From positions 183,394 through 228,729 of the forward strand of contig NW_014577087.1 of NCBI RefSeq assembly GCF_000485595.1: a stretch of 45,336 bases of DNA. The letters run 5' to 3'. The notes under the pieces were generated by a model. The model was not told the DNA's origin, did no database searches, and saw nothing but the letters and a program-made list of their open reading frames with translations. Source of the DNA: Priapulus caudatus. Its lineage: Eukaryota. Positions 11,659 to 24,444 of the stretch are shown piece by piece; within the stretch, counting starts at the first letter, position 1; each line of letters starts with the position of its first letter. The position numbers and the translations under genes are program-made.

Positions 11659-12821
11659 ATAAACACATGATCGCACGTGCTTTTGCATTGTAACTGTAAC
11701 TAAAAGAAATGTCTAATAGATTTAGCGGAAACAGATATTCTCCCCAAAACGTCAAAAATGTCATTACTAGACATCGCCGAGTATACTCAACATCGCCATA
11801 TAACCGCGATGTCGTGCAGTATCAAGCATAATAAAAAAATCCTATTGCATAAAAATTGCATTGGCTGCCCCCACCCACCGCCCGCCCCCATAATTTTCCG
11901 AACAGAAACAAGTCAACATTCATTCGAAAAAGCTTATATTGATTCGGCATTTCATTGATTGTTGCAATAAGCGCAATAGTCTTATTAGCAATATTAGCGT
12001 CCTCCGGGACGGATACGCCAGCACGGGTTGAGCAGCAGCATAGCATAGGAGAAAGAAAAAAAAGAAAAAGAAGATAAATGATAGAGAAAAAGAAAACGAA
12101 GAAGAAGAAGAAATCGATGATGATGATGATGATGAGAAGAAGAAGAAAAAAAAGAGTAGCAGTAGCAACAGCAGCAGTAGCAGTGGCAGCAGTTGTAGCA
12201 TCCGGAGATGACAGCCCCACACCGCCTGTCGACTCGATACAACCCCGATCGTGGCGACGACGTGGCGACGATGACGCGCAGCTCTGTGCGACTACAACAC
12301 GTACCGACAGTGGACGTCGGTTCTGCACGTGCGACAAACGGAAATCGGATCGTCTGTCGCGCACCGTCAGCGCCGCCGCCGCGTGTTGCTGTGACACAGG
12401 TACGTGTCGGTGTTCGCGTGCATGACGGTGAAGCATGCACGCGGTGGCTGTCGCATGCGCGACCAAATGGACAGATAGACACACAGCGAGGTGAAGCTGT
12501 CGACAACGTCAAATGTGTAGACAGGCAGACAGATGTACACGCGTGCATCCGCACGCACGCTCATACGCACGCAAGCACACACGTACGAACGAACGCACGG
12601 AATGAACAAGCGAAGGTACGTATATTGCATGCGTGGCCACGCACACACGCCCACACGCACACGCGCCCCACACACATACACGTACGCGCACACACACCAC
12701 ACGTATCGACGTAACCGCATAATCCAATTCTTCCGCCATCGTTGTTTGCATGCGAAGCACGAGTGTCTGATACACAAAAGGTGTAAAAAAATATCCCAAA
12801 CGAGGCGCATTCTATGAGCTC
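11090..12821 (+). repeat. Copy 1 of a ~1.75-kb direct duplication
   Basis: Colinear with ~16110-17828 throughout; both copies end at TCTATGAGCTCG. Confidence 0.95.
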
Positions 12822-13869
12822 GTTAATTGTAGCCACAGCAGATGTTATCAGCCCTCTCTTGTTTGCAGCATCCAGAAGAGAATGCGATTGAAATAAAATA
12901 ATCCGCCCTTACTTGTATTGGCTCACTTTCAGGCGTAAACACTTTTGTCGAGAACACCGGATCGAACAATTCGCGAGCATGCCTCTGAAGCAGTGGAGGG
13001 TAAAGTGGCGGCGGTTAGCAACGCTCCTCCTCGCCACGCACAGCAGGCGCTCATACCTCGTATGCACCCCCCCCCCACACCTCCGCACAAGGTAGACTAA
13101 TTAGCATTTCAATCAGCTGTGGCGCGCTAAAACTCATTAGCGCTGCTGAACTCGGCTAATAAAGGCGTCGCAGACCGGCGGGGCTGCACACGACACTTGA
13201 ATGAAGCCCTCTTAACAATGCCCCATGCATGCGTGCCTCTCGGCCACCCGCTACGCCCGTTAGCAGACGCACGTTCATCTGTCCACTGGTCGCTGCGTCG
13301 CAAGACACGTCACGTCACTCACTACCTGCCGCCACCCAGTCGTTAAAACATCTACGACGAGCTCAGCGTCATAGCGGTAATGAAGCGACGTAATATAAGA
13401 ATCACTACGCACAGCGTTCTTTCCCGTGTTGCGAAAAAAAAAGAGCTAACAGCTCCCCGGCCCATCCCCACGAAACTATAACAATAGTATGTTGTTATAG
13501 TTCAGTGGCCACAAACCCCCAAAACCTCCACAGCTCGTTCGTAACACAGTGAGTTCACAATAAAACTCCGCTTGCGGGTTGTAGCACCGGTCCACCTGCA
13601 CTGGACGCGGCTGACCAGTGGACACCGGCTGGCGAAGCACACGCACAGCAGACCGCGTGCCGCTCGTCACGACCTCGTTTCGAGATGCTGCCAACAGATG
13701 AAGCCATTCATAATTTTCCAGCAGGCACAACAGCGTCGTCAAGTTGCCTAGACGACGCGCGGACAAAGTAGACAAAGGCGATCGCGCGATGAACTCGCTA
13801 CAATATTTAGGGCCGCGACATTCCGCACCGGCAGCCCATCATCGATCCGCCTCCTCTCACTCAATACAC

Positions 13870-14374
13870 TGTGTGTGTGTGTGTGTGTGTGGTGTTCGTG
13901 TTGTGTTGTGTGTGTGTGTGTGTGTGTTGTTGTGTGTGTTGTTGTGTGTGTGTGTGTGTGTGACCCAACCTCACGTCATCCGTACAACAGTACGCAACAG
14001 AGCCCATGTTTAAATCCCTGCATTCATTGTCAGATAATATAACACTGAATGGTGTAGTTTGGTATCTTCCTCCGCCCGCTCTCTCTCCTCTCCATCTCGC
14101 TCCCGCTCCCCTCCCTCATCTCCCTCTCCTAATAGCGTTTTTGTCGCTCATCAGATCGCCATAAGTGAATCAGAAATGGCGTGCAAGAGAAGTGGAACTG
14201 TCGTTGCCGTTTTAAATAAACACTCGTTTATCCTGGAATCAATACAGTAGTGCTTAACGTTGAATCAGTGAAGAAGGACGATTACTTTTCGCTCGCGAAA
14301 ACAAAGGCCCAGTGAGAAACCATTGTATAATGCAATGAATCGCATATAATAGGCCTATATATATATATTATAAG

Positions 14375-14410
<36 letters not shown>

Positions 14411-14557
14411 GTGTGTTTGTTGTGTATGTGGTGTGTGGTGTGTGTGTGTGTGTGTGCGTGTGTGCTGCGTGTGTGTGTGTGTGTGGTATGTATGTGTGTG
14501 TGTAATGTGTTTAGGTGGTGATGTGGTGTGTGTGTGTGTGGGTGAGGTGTGTGTGTG

Positions 14558-14592
<35 letters not shown>

Positions 14593-14694
14593 TGTGTGTG
14601 TGTGTGGGTGTGTGTGTGTAGGTGTGTGTGACCTGACCTGTGACGTTTGCTCTTCTCTGGCANNNNNNNNNNCGGACACTCACACACACACACA

Positions 14695-14774
<80 letters not shown>

Positions 14775-14962
14775 AACAAACACACAAACACACACATACA
14801 CATACACACACAAAACACACACACACACACACACACAACACACACACACACACACACACATACACATACACTACACACAAACATACACACAACACACACA
14901 CCACACACACACACACACAACACACACACACACACAAAGACACGCAAGCGCGCATACGCAAA

Positions 14963-15001
<39 letters not shown>

Positions 15002-15060
15002 GTACACGCCACACACACGCTCACACGTCACACGCGCACGCACACGCACACGCGCGCGCA
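13870..15060. repeat. Microsatellite cluster: (TG)n 13870-13962, (TA)n/(TG)n ~14357-14630, (CA)n ~14676-15060
   Basis: Read directly; accounts for the CVCV/HTHT ORFs. Confidence 0.9.
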
Positions 15061-15825
15061 TGCGCACCTTCGTCACTCTCATGAGAACGCCCTGCACTGT
15101 AGCACCGGATAAGCGCGGGCAGCACAGGAAACCGCGCGTATCTGTCCCGTCGCACACTTCAGCTATTTTCGTCGCCACTCTAAGCGACGCCGTAATGAAC
15201 ACGCAGTCATTTAGTGCTTTCATAGCTCGCCCAAACACTACCGCTCTGCCATTCTTGACCCACCGCAACTCTCAAGGGCTGAATAAACCCGCTTGCTTTG
15301 TCTCTCGCGGGGGAGGCTAGCGAACATTCCGGCACCGTATCGCTCTTTGTCCTTCGCCGGTAAGTGTGGACAAGAGTGTCACTAGTGCTGTTAACTCTTT
15401 AGCGTAGATGCCTGGTCATTAGTTGGCCATAAAATTCAAATAAACTGCGTTGGCCGCAGATGTGGCCAGGAATAAACCTGCGTGCTCCATCGAGTTAACT
15501 CGGGACGTGTACGCGCGTGTACTATATAGCGTTTAGGCCAGCAACTATACAACCTACACACGATCCTACCTTAAACCCATACTGCAGTGCACAAGCTGAC
15601 TAAAATCGTCTTAGTTTATTAAATAACATAATAATATATAAAGCTATTGGCTAAAAATTAACAGCTATAGAATGGCTATTAGGGAATAAAGTGGTTTCAT
15701 ATTTTGCAATCTGAAAATGATTACTTGAAATGAGCTATTTAATGATAATACTATCTTCTCAATCAAAGTTAATGAATTGTCGTTAGTTGAGATAGAACGC
15801 AGAATCGCAGAATACAGACGCATAC

Positions 15826-15829
<4 letters not shown>

Positions 15830-15901
<72 letters not shown>

Positions 15902-15905
15902 GGTG

Positions 15906-15936
<31 letters not shown>

Positions 15937-15967
15937 GTGTGTGTCGTGTGTGTGGGTGTGTTGGTGT

Positions 15968-16020
<53 letters not shown>

Positions 16021-16050
16021 TATAGCTATATATATATATATTTATATATA
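15830..16050. repeat. (TA)n-(GT)n-(TA)n compound microsatellite
   Basis: Read directly. Confidence 0.9.
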
Positions 16051-16109
16051 ATTTATTTATTAATACTAAGATATATTGTTCAAATTACAACTGGAATGAG
16101 TCAGGATGT

Positions 16110-16624
16110 TAACCATTATTCATTTGTGCTGAGTTTACAAGTGTCTACAGAACGTCTTTTTCTATTTTTCGCGGATCACGTATTTGACACAGTACAAGAG
16201 GACGTCCGGCGGGGAGGCAGTTACGATAGGTGGCTCTCTCATGGGAGACTCATATAGATTATTCTAGGTGCAAAACAAATCATTCCGCTTGCGTTCCAGC
16301 GTGTAAGCAGTAAAATCTCATTAGCGTAGCTACCATGCAAACTCCGTGAAACATGGAATAGCTGCTGGATAATAGCGCAAAGAAACAGATGCCGTGTATG
16401 TGCCACCCGGGAGGATAGGCTCCATAAAATTACTCTTGATTTGCATGAAAGAAGAGTTGGTTTTCACCGCCGCCAGTGGAAATTTTATTGGAACCAAGCA
16501 AGCTGATCATATTACTACATGATGTGTGCTCTACTATAAAACCCTCTCTCCCGATCTCTCTCTCAACCATCTCTCTCTCTCGCGCTATATATATATATAT
16601 AAATAGCCTATAAATAAATAAATA

Positions 16625-16666
<42 letters not shown>

Positions 16667-17828
16667 TAATAAACACATGATCGGCACGTGCTTTGGCATT
16701 GTAACTGTAACTAAAAAGAAATGTCTAATAGATTTACAGGAAACAGAATTATTCTCCCAAAACGTCAAAAATGTCATTACTAGACATCGCCGAGTATACT
16801 CAAACATCGCATATAACCCGATGTCGTGCAGTATCAAGCATGATAAAAAAATCCATTTGCATAAAAATTTGCATTGGCTGCCCCCACCCACCCCGCGCAC
16901 CGCATAATTTTCCGAACAGAAACAAGTCAACATTCATTCGAAAAAGCTTATATTGATTCGGCATTCATTTGATTGTTGCAATAAGCGAATAGTCTTATTA
17001 GCAATATTAGCGTACTACGGGACGGATACCCAGCAGCGGGTTGAGCAGCAGCATAGCATAGGAGAAAGAAAAGAAAAGAAAAAGAAGATAATGATAGAGA
17101 AAAAGAAAACGAAGAAGAAGAAGAAAATGATGATGATGATGATGATGAAGAAGAAGAAGAAAAAAAAGAGTAGCAGTAGCAACAGCAGCAGTAGCAGTGG
17201 CAGCAGTTGTAGCATTCCGGAGATGACAGCCCACAACCGCCTGTCGACTCGATACAACCCCGATCGTGCGACGACGTGGCGACGATGACGCAGCTCTGTG
17301 CGACTACAACACGTACCGACAGTGACGTCGGTTCTGCACGTGCGACAAACGGAAATCGGATCGTCTGCGCGCACCGTCAGCGCCGCCGCCGCTGTTGCTG
17401 TGACACAGGTACGTGTCGGTGTTCGCGTGCATGACGGTGAAGCATGCACGCGGTGGCTGTCGCATGGGCGACCAAATGGACAGATAGACACACAGACGTG
17501 GCAAGCTGTCGACAACTCAAATGTGTAGACAGGCAGACAGATGTACACGCGTGGCATGCACGCACGCTCATACGCCACGCAAGCACACACGTACGAACGA
17601 ACGCACGAATGAACAAGCGAAGGTACGTATATGCATGCGTGGCCACGCACACACGCCCACACGCACACGCGCCCACACACATACACGTACGCGCACACAC
17701 ACCACACGTATCGACGTAACCGCATAATCCAATTCTTCCGCCATCGTTGTTTGCATGCGAAGCACGAGTGTCTGATAACACAAAAGGTGTAAAAAAATAT
17801 CCCAAACGAGGCGCATTCTATGAGCTCG
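16110..17828 (+). repeat. Copy 2 of the ~1.75-kb direct duplication
   Basis: Same sequence as 11090-12821, differing mostly by scattered 1-3-bp indels. Confidence 0.95.
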
Positions 17829-18406
17829 GAGAGTTGTCGCGGCTGGTGCTGTAAGCCACGGAAAGACGCACGTTTCCATAAACTGTGCGCGTCGTAGAGA
17901 GTTCGTAATGCTATGAGTAATAATTGTATATAATTTGGACGTGGGTAGATGTCGTAGAGGTTGTAATATTGGGTCTGTTTAGTAAGCAATTAGGTCGAGT
18001 TAAGTGCATGATGTTACGAGCGGCGTAAGAGGGGGGTTTTACAAGTAATTGGTGGCGATGTTTTCGTGATGCTTGTATGATCAATCCCCCTCAAACACAG
18101 ACGCTGGCGCCCTAAGCACACGTACATCGTTTCTGACCATGCGTTATATATATAGCAGTGTGTGTATGTGTATGTGCGTGTGTCTGTGCGTGCGTGCGTG
18201 GGTGCGTGCGTGCGCGCGCGCGTGCGTGTGTGTTTCTGACAAATCTACTTAGAATTGGTGAAAAAGACTAAAGCGTATTAGGGTGTTTTAGAGAATAAAG
18301 GGAGGAAGGAATGTAAAATTTCTCGAACGACTTTCTTGGAGATCTTGTGGAAACGCACCGAAATTGCGTTAACCAGTTCTCACACGGTAACCGGTTCTCC
18401 CCATGT

Positions 18407-18444
<38 letters not shown>

Positions 18445-19929
18445 CATATATGTGGGAAAGACGGCTGGACTGTTAACAATGCAGTAGTATATACTGCAAG
18501 CCGACATCTTGCGTGAGATGTGTAGCAGGTATTACGCGACGTCAGGCCGAAGGAAATTACCATGTGCGGAAATAAATCGTCGCAAATTGGGTTAACTCGG
18601 GTTTATCAGTCGACAGTTTTGTGGCTTTTCACAGATTTTTGTCGAAATATAGTATGACAAATTCTCTCGTTGTGGCTCGCAGAGCATCGATTTCGCGGAG
18701 TGTTCCTAATCAGATTGGGCGCGCTCGGATTGCCGAGGTTTCTTTGGCCGAGGAAAGTGAAGGGTTGATATACAGAAATCACGTCGAGTAAATGGTTACC
18801 GCGTTTTCCCCATAGATGGACGCGCGCCGTCTCCTATTCTTAAAGCCATTCGCCAAAACTGCTGCCGATTTCATAGCCAGCTCGACGGCTGCAATTCTAA
18901 ATCGCGGCCAGTCAAATTTTTGAACCGCTCCGATTTCGCGGCGTGTCGTCGTAAATATTGGTTTTTATTTTACATGCGCGCCGTAAATATTGGTTTGGCC
19001 ACCGCGGCGGGTGAGCGCATTGTGTCACCGCTGAATAGCGAATAATAACGATTTCGACTAAAAAGACCCATGCGAAGGAAAAATGCTGCGTTTATATACG
19101 GGCTCCGCGCGCGATTCGATGTCTCTCTTCGTCTGCGCACTTCTTCAGCAGATGCGAGCTGCTCCGTACGCTGTTTGGCGTCCGCGCGGCGCCGGCGCCG
19201 GCGACGATGACGATGGCCTCGTCCTCTTTCGTCTCCCCCTCTCCCGCATATCACGGTCTGCCTTTTACCCTCTTCGCGGCCAAGTGCTCTATTTAGTTAC
19301 ACTCTTGCTCCTATTTTTCTACACATTCTTGCTCCCTTCCTCTAGCGCTAGCTTCGCTCTTACTCACTCACTCACGTCGCTTCGCTCAGCTCCTCGACCT
19401 GCACTCACTCACCTCACCTCACGGTCCTAGCTACCCACTTCAGCATCACGTCACTCGAGGGTCACTCTTAAGCTATCACATCGAGGCTCAGTCCGACCGA
19501 CTCACGTCCGCTCACTCACTCACTCACTGCACATCCGTCACTCCACTAGCTCAGCTCATTCGTTCTCTTTCCCTCCTCTCTCTCTGTCTCTCTCTCTCTC
19601 TCTGGCGACCCCACCTCGGCCTCCTCTCTCTCTCGAATCTTTCAAATATAACTCAGCTGAATCTGCTCGCCGCCGAGTAATGTTGCTTCATTTCTCTTCT
19701 TCTTCCAGCATTGTTTGTTGTCCACCTCTCGTCTCTTATTTCATCCCTCGTTTCTAATTCTCTTCTCTCTCTCTCCTGCTACTCTCTCGTTATCTCTTTT
19801 CTGAATCTACATACGCGGGCATCTTCTTCTCGTCACTACACCAACCGCACGACGGTCGTTGAGAGAGTATTAACGCCGCTGTTGTCAAACTCCAGCTAAC
19901 CGACGTTCCGCGTCGCACGTAGCGGGCGC

Positions 19930-20090
19930 GCTATTTAGGGGCGGAGGCCTTTTGATCAGACGCTAGCATCCTAATGGCGACGTGATGTTGGGAGGGCGGG
20001 GGGGACGACGTGGTGGGGTGGTGGGCGGAGGTCGGGAGTACGCGTGAGTGACGGCCCGGCGTCGTAGAAACCCCTCCCCTGCCATGTGCA
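19930..20090 (+). promoter_or_regulatory. Possible GC-box promoter-like region
   Basis: GGGGCGGAGG (~19938), GGGAGGGCGGGG (~19989) and GGGCGGAGG (~20023) cluster upstream of AAACATGGCGG (~20310). Motif evidence only. Confidence 0.25.
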
Positions 20091-23000
20091 GGGGCAGATT
20101 TACGAACCCATTTAACCTTCCCATTTAGTGTCCGTATCGACTTAGCACCGTGCGCAGCGTACCCTGCGGTGTAACAAGTCGGCCAGTGTACGCTCGCCGG
20201 ACACTGTCGGGTTGACCGGCGCGGGTCAGATTGTTCAGGCGACGAGAGCCGGCCGTTGTTGATAGCCGACGAAGTCCGCCAGGGGAGAAGAGGTGTTGAC
20301 GTGAAATGAAAACATGGCGGAGGGGGTTAACCAACAACAGATTTTCGCCTCTGGCGAATATCGCTGCATGCTGCTGCTTGCTGCTGCTACTGCTGCTAAC
20401 TTCCTGGACAGTGACACCGCTGTCCGCTAAAAAGACGTTTTACAACATAGATTTACAAAGATACCAACTCTTGCATATGAGACAAGCTCAGCCAAGCCCT
20501 AGACGCGTACAGAAGTCTATTTTAGAGACATGTGTAAACTTGTGGGCATAGTGATGTCCGGCTAGAGCGAGTGAGCCGTACCATTCGAAAATGGTGGCCA
20601 GTTCGTCGGGCAGCCCTGTCGGTAATCATAACGGGAAATTTCTTGTTGGTAGATGTCAAGTGACAGTGCGGCGCAAAAGCATGCTCATTGCTCAACGTCA
20701 GCAAGCGTGCTTTCCTCGCAGAGCCAGCCGTATGTGTCCTCGGCAGCGCAAACGTGGTTTAATGTTGCGGCGCCGATGTGATGTTTGTAAAGGCGTCTCT
20801 TTGAGGCACCCGGGCCGTGGGCGTGAAAATCCTTTCGAATGCTCGTGGCGGCAGGAAAGCGTAGAGCGACAGACCGACAAACAAGAGTTCAGTCGGCTAA
20901 TTCGGGGCAACTGTGGCTTGCAGCAAAGATTCCGCTCTCGTTTTTTCTAAGAGCTCGCCTCATATCGCGCGCGCGCATCTCTCTCTCTCTCTAATCTTCT
21001 CTCTCTCTAGGCCCGTTTCTCTCGTATCTGCTCCTCTCTCTATCTATCTTCTATCTCTATCTGCTCTCGCTCTCACTCTGCTCTCGCTCTCTCTCCCTCT
21101 CTCTCTCTAGGCTCGTTCTCTCTATCTCCCACATACTCTCTGCTCTCCGCGACTCTATCTCTCTAACTCTTTTTGCATCTCCCTGCGCTCTCTTTCGACG
21201 GCGCTTTCGTCTCTCTCTCTCTCTCTGCTGTCAGGATGCGTTTCCCATGGTGACAGCAATTCCACATTGTTGCGATGGGCACGGCAGCGGAAGAATTACG
21301 AAGCCGTAGCCTAACTGTCAATCTTTCTAGGCGGGCTAGTCCGATGAAACCAAAATGGCATATTCACTGGCGCTCCGCTACACGCTTCATATTGTCATTT
21401 AGCAAAGTCTGTGGCTATTTTTCCTTAAAGTACAAGCATGTGATGTGTTTATTATTCATAATATATTCCATGTGTGCGGCCATTGTCTGTGCGGCGTAGT
21501 AATATGACGAACTAAAAGCATTGCGCACTCATGTAAGAATAACTACTCAGCGTTTAGCATTCGTCCGTAATACAGGGTGTTAGCTTGGTAGATCGTAAGC
21601 TGGCGGTCTGTTTTGGATGCTTTTGTGGGCGCGATATCTGCTTCCCGAATGATAAGTGCGGCCGTGTGTAGCACCTCAGTCAGATGCGCGCTCTCGCCGC
21701 CTTTTCTCTCGATATGATAGAAAGAGTATTCTACTGGACATCTCTTTCTCTCTTCCCCGCAAGATTTCACGGAAGGGAGAACGCCGCCGACGAGATCATA
21801 CTGTCATCTTGTGTCGTCGTGTGTGTCGGCGTTGTAGCACAGCATGCACAGTCGGGTGTGTAGGAAGAGCGAGCCCAGCAGTTGTGGGTCGCGGGAGTAT
21901 GCGCCCGCATATGCCACTAATGCATCTTTTACGAGCGTTTTGAGGATGAATCCGACGATTGGTCTGGGGGCCAGTGAAGATGGTCGGCCTAACTGCGTCT
22001 CTACTATAAGTAGCGGCCACATACGTTGTTGAAGGCTGCGTTAATCACGCGCGTAGCTGTCGTGAACAAAGGCATAGTGACAAGATGTAATGTTAACTCG
22101 TTGTCGCATATTATGTATTTGTGTAAGATGGCAGATGCGCTCCGGTTCGGTTGTACCTGCTCGTGCGAGAGAGTCTGAATATCATTTTCGCAGTCTTCAA
22201 CGTAACATTTGTTCTAGCCACAGCGGGTGCCGCTTCAGTTGACGCAGTGAGCGCAGCGGTGGGGCGGCAGCTGTTTGCCGAAATGCGACCCCCAATATAG
22301 ACATATAATACACGGAAAGCTGCTCATGGCAAAAATGATATTATTTAGTTTAGCTAGCGTTAACATTGGGTGCTCTAACTAGGCCTAATACTCCGCTTAC
22401 TTGGCGTGTAGAGTAATTGATGTGGTGCACGTGTCGCGGATGGTGGTTGCCAGACTGAGCTGCCCTTGTGGTCGTTACACTTCAGCTCGATGTTGTGCTT
22501 TTCTAAGATAAGTGCCGTATACTGCGCGTGCTGCAACAGCGGCTTGCGCCGAACCCGTTTCCGATGTTGCTGCAGTCTGTTACAAGTTCTGCCATGCGAA
22601 CCTAGTCACGCGTAGCTGGCGCAGCAGCTCCGGACGAGCGATGTCCGGTGGCAGCACGATTAGCAGAGACTGCGCGGTAGAACAATAGACGCACGGACTG
22701 AACGGAGTGCCGCGTACGCAATAGCTCCGTCGTCGGACGAGTGTCCGAGCGTGGTCAGTTCTGCCTGCAGTGTTGACCGTGTTTCGATCAAGCTGTGGAA
22801 TATCGCGCGCGTACAGCTGATGGCGCGTATATCGTAGTAGGGCGGAGTATTATAGAGTGGCTCTCTCCGCTCTCGACCTGCGAGTGCTTAGAAACGGGAG
22901 CTTGCTATAGGTAGTAGTGGGTGATCATTAGCATCGGTCGATTCAGTCATTCGAGCATTACTGCGGCGCGGCTTGTTGCACTGAGCTGGCTTGCTGGTAC

Positions 23001-23284
23001 TTGGTGATAAAACGTGAAGACAGATAATCGTGCTGGTTTTGTTATAGTGGATGATATCTTTGGTGCAGTGAGAAGATCGAGTTGTTTTGTGCTTTCTGGG
23101 ACGCAGTATTTTGGCAGGTAGGAATTTCGTGGCGTGCGTGTGTGTTCACGCGTGTGTTCACATATAAATACACTGTGCATGTGAGGCGTGTCTTGTACTA
23201 TGCATCCGTGTAGATCGCGGTAGGTAAGTCACTGACCGCAGGTCCGTAGGGGCGGACTTGATGCTGCTGGCCAGTGAAAACTCA

Positions 23285-23406
23285 AATCTTACCGCCGCAC
23301 GAACGCCACGGGTGCACAAACTCACAGAAAGGTAATTTAGTCTCTATCACAGACAAACATTATCTTTCTGTAGGTTTGTGCCCAGTGGCGTGCGTGCGGT
23401 AAGATT
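23285..23406. mobile_element. 122-bp imperfect palindrome (MITE-like foldback)
   Basis: The left arm AATCTTACCGC..ACGAACGCCACGGGTGCACAAACTCACAGAAAGGTAAT pairs with the right arm ATTATCTTTCTGTAGGTTTGTGCCCAGTGGCGTGCGTGCGGTAAGATT; arms ~55 bp. Confidence 0.65.
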
Positions 23407-23639
23407 ATACGCTGCAGAGCAGCATTTCAACTGCATTTGCGTGGAACTATAAGGCGATAGAGAGTACATACACAAATATCAGGATTTATTATCGTGTTGT
23501 TATTGAAACGGTCCAAGTGCCTGCCTGTTACCTGAACTGTGATAGGGAAGCAGCATGTAACCATTTTTTCTATTATGGACTCTTGATGAAACGTTGCCGC
23601 TCCGATAATGGGTGTCCGGTCCACTCGGTTCACCTGCCA

Positions 23640-23740
23640 ACTCGGTTCGCAGTTGACGCGAGTTGACGCGTCTGGAGATCGGTGAGCTCGTTCGCTGAGA
23701 GTGGGTTGACGCGTCTGGAGATCGGTGAGCTCGGTTCGCC
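23640..23740. repeat. Short tandem duplication (GTTGACGCGTCTGGAGATCGGTGAGCTCG x2 plus a partial copy)
   Basis: Read directly. Confidence 0.8.
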
Positions 23741-23775
23741 GGCTAACTCGTGAGATGTTTCACACGCCCCAACTC

Positions 23776-24061
23776 TAATATCTCGCGAACGATTTGAGTT
23801 ACATTTCGAAAATTCTGGAGACATATAAACACATGTCTTAGCTATGGTTTCTGTGAATTTTGAGTTTAGTGAAACACGAATAGTTTAATTAAGTTAACCA
23901 GAAATATACGTAGCGCGCGTATCGTCATAGGCTAATATACGCGCGGTATCGTCATAGGCTAATATCTCGCGAACGATTTTGAGTTAGCATTTCTAAAAAT
24001 TCTCAGATACATATAAACTGTAAAACACATGTCTTAGCTATGGTTTCTGTGAATTTTGAGT
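23776..24061 (+). repeat. ~90-bp local direct duplication (23776-23865 vs ~23960-24061)
   Basis: TAATATCTCGCGAACGATTT...ACACATGTCTTAGCTATGGTTTCTGTGAATTTTGAGT appears twice; the second copy has extra bases. Confidence 0.8.
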
Positions 24062-24444
24062 ATATCAATTGAAGCACGACTAACAGTAACAGTATATATA
24101 TATAAAATTCTTCTGCATCGCTCCTACGATCGTAAGCACGCATCATGGGTCTGCCCTAAACCGACCAGGCTCTTCGACTGTTACACTCTCCAACGTAGTG
24201 TTAAGCGAGAAGGGAACTTGTGGCTAGGGTCTGCCCGTCAGACGTATCGCGCGTCATCATTAGCTGGCTGCCTATATGTGCTCCATGCCTCTAGTGTAAA
24301 AATTCGCCACAATGCCCTGCCGCAAAACCCGCCATCTCCGCGCTCATACGTCTTCCGCTCGCTTTCGCTGCTGCTGATCGATACGCCTGATCTACGAGAG
24401 GTAAGATATGATCGTGTATTTTCGTGGTGGGGTGGGGGCGAGCG

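Noticed and set aside
14282..15320. CVCV/HTHT-rich ORFs
   Set aside because: (TG)n/(CA)n microsatellite translations.
17015..17989. 324-aa minus-strand ORF
   Set aside because: It lies in the indel-ridden duplicate, the frame is not preserved in the other copy, and the content is low-complexity.
19230..19830. Irregular C/T-rich tracts (also 20970-21230) giving Leu/Ser-rich ORFs
   Set aside because: Degenerate or error-laden (CT)n/(CTCA)n low-complexity sequence.
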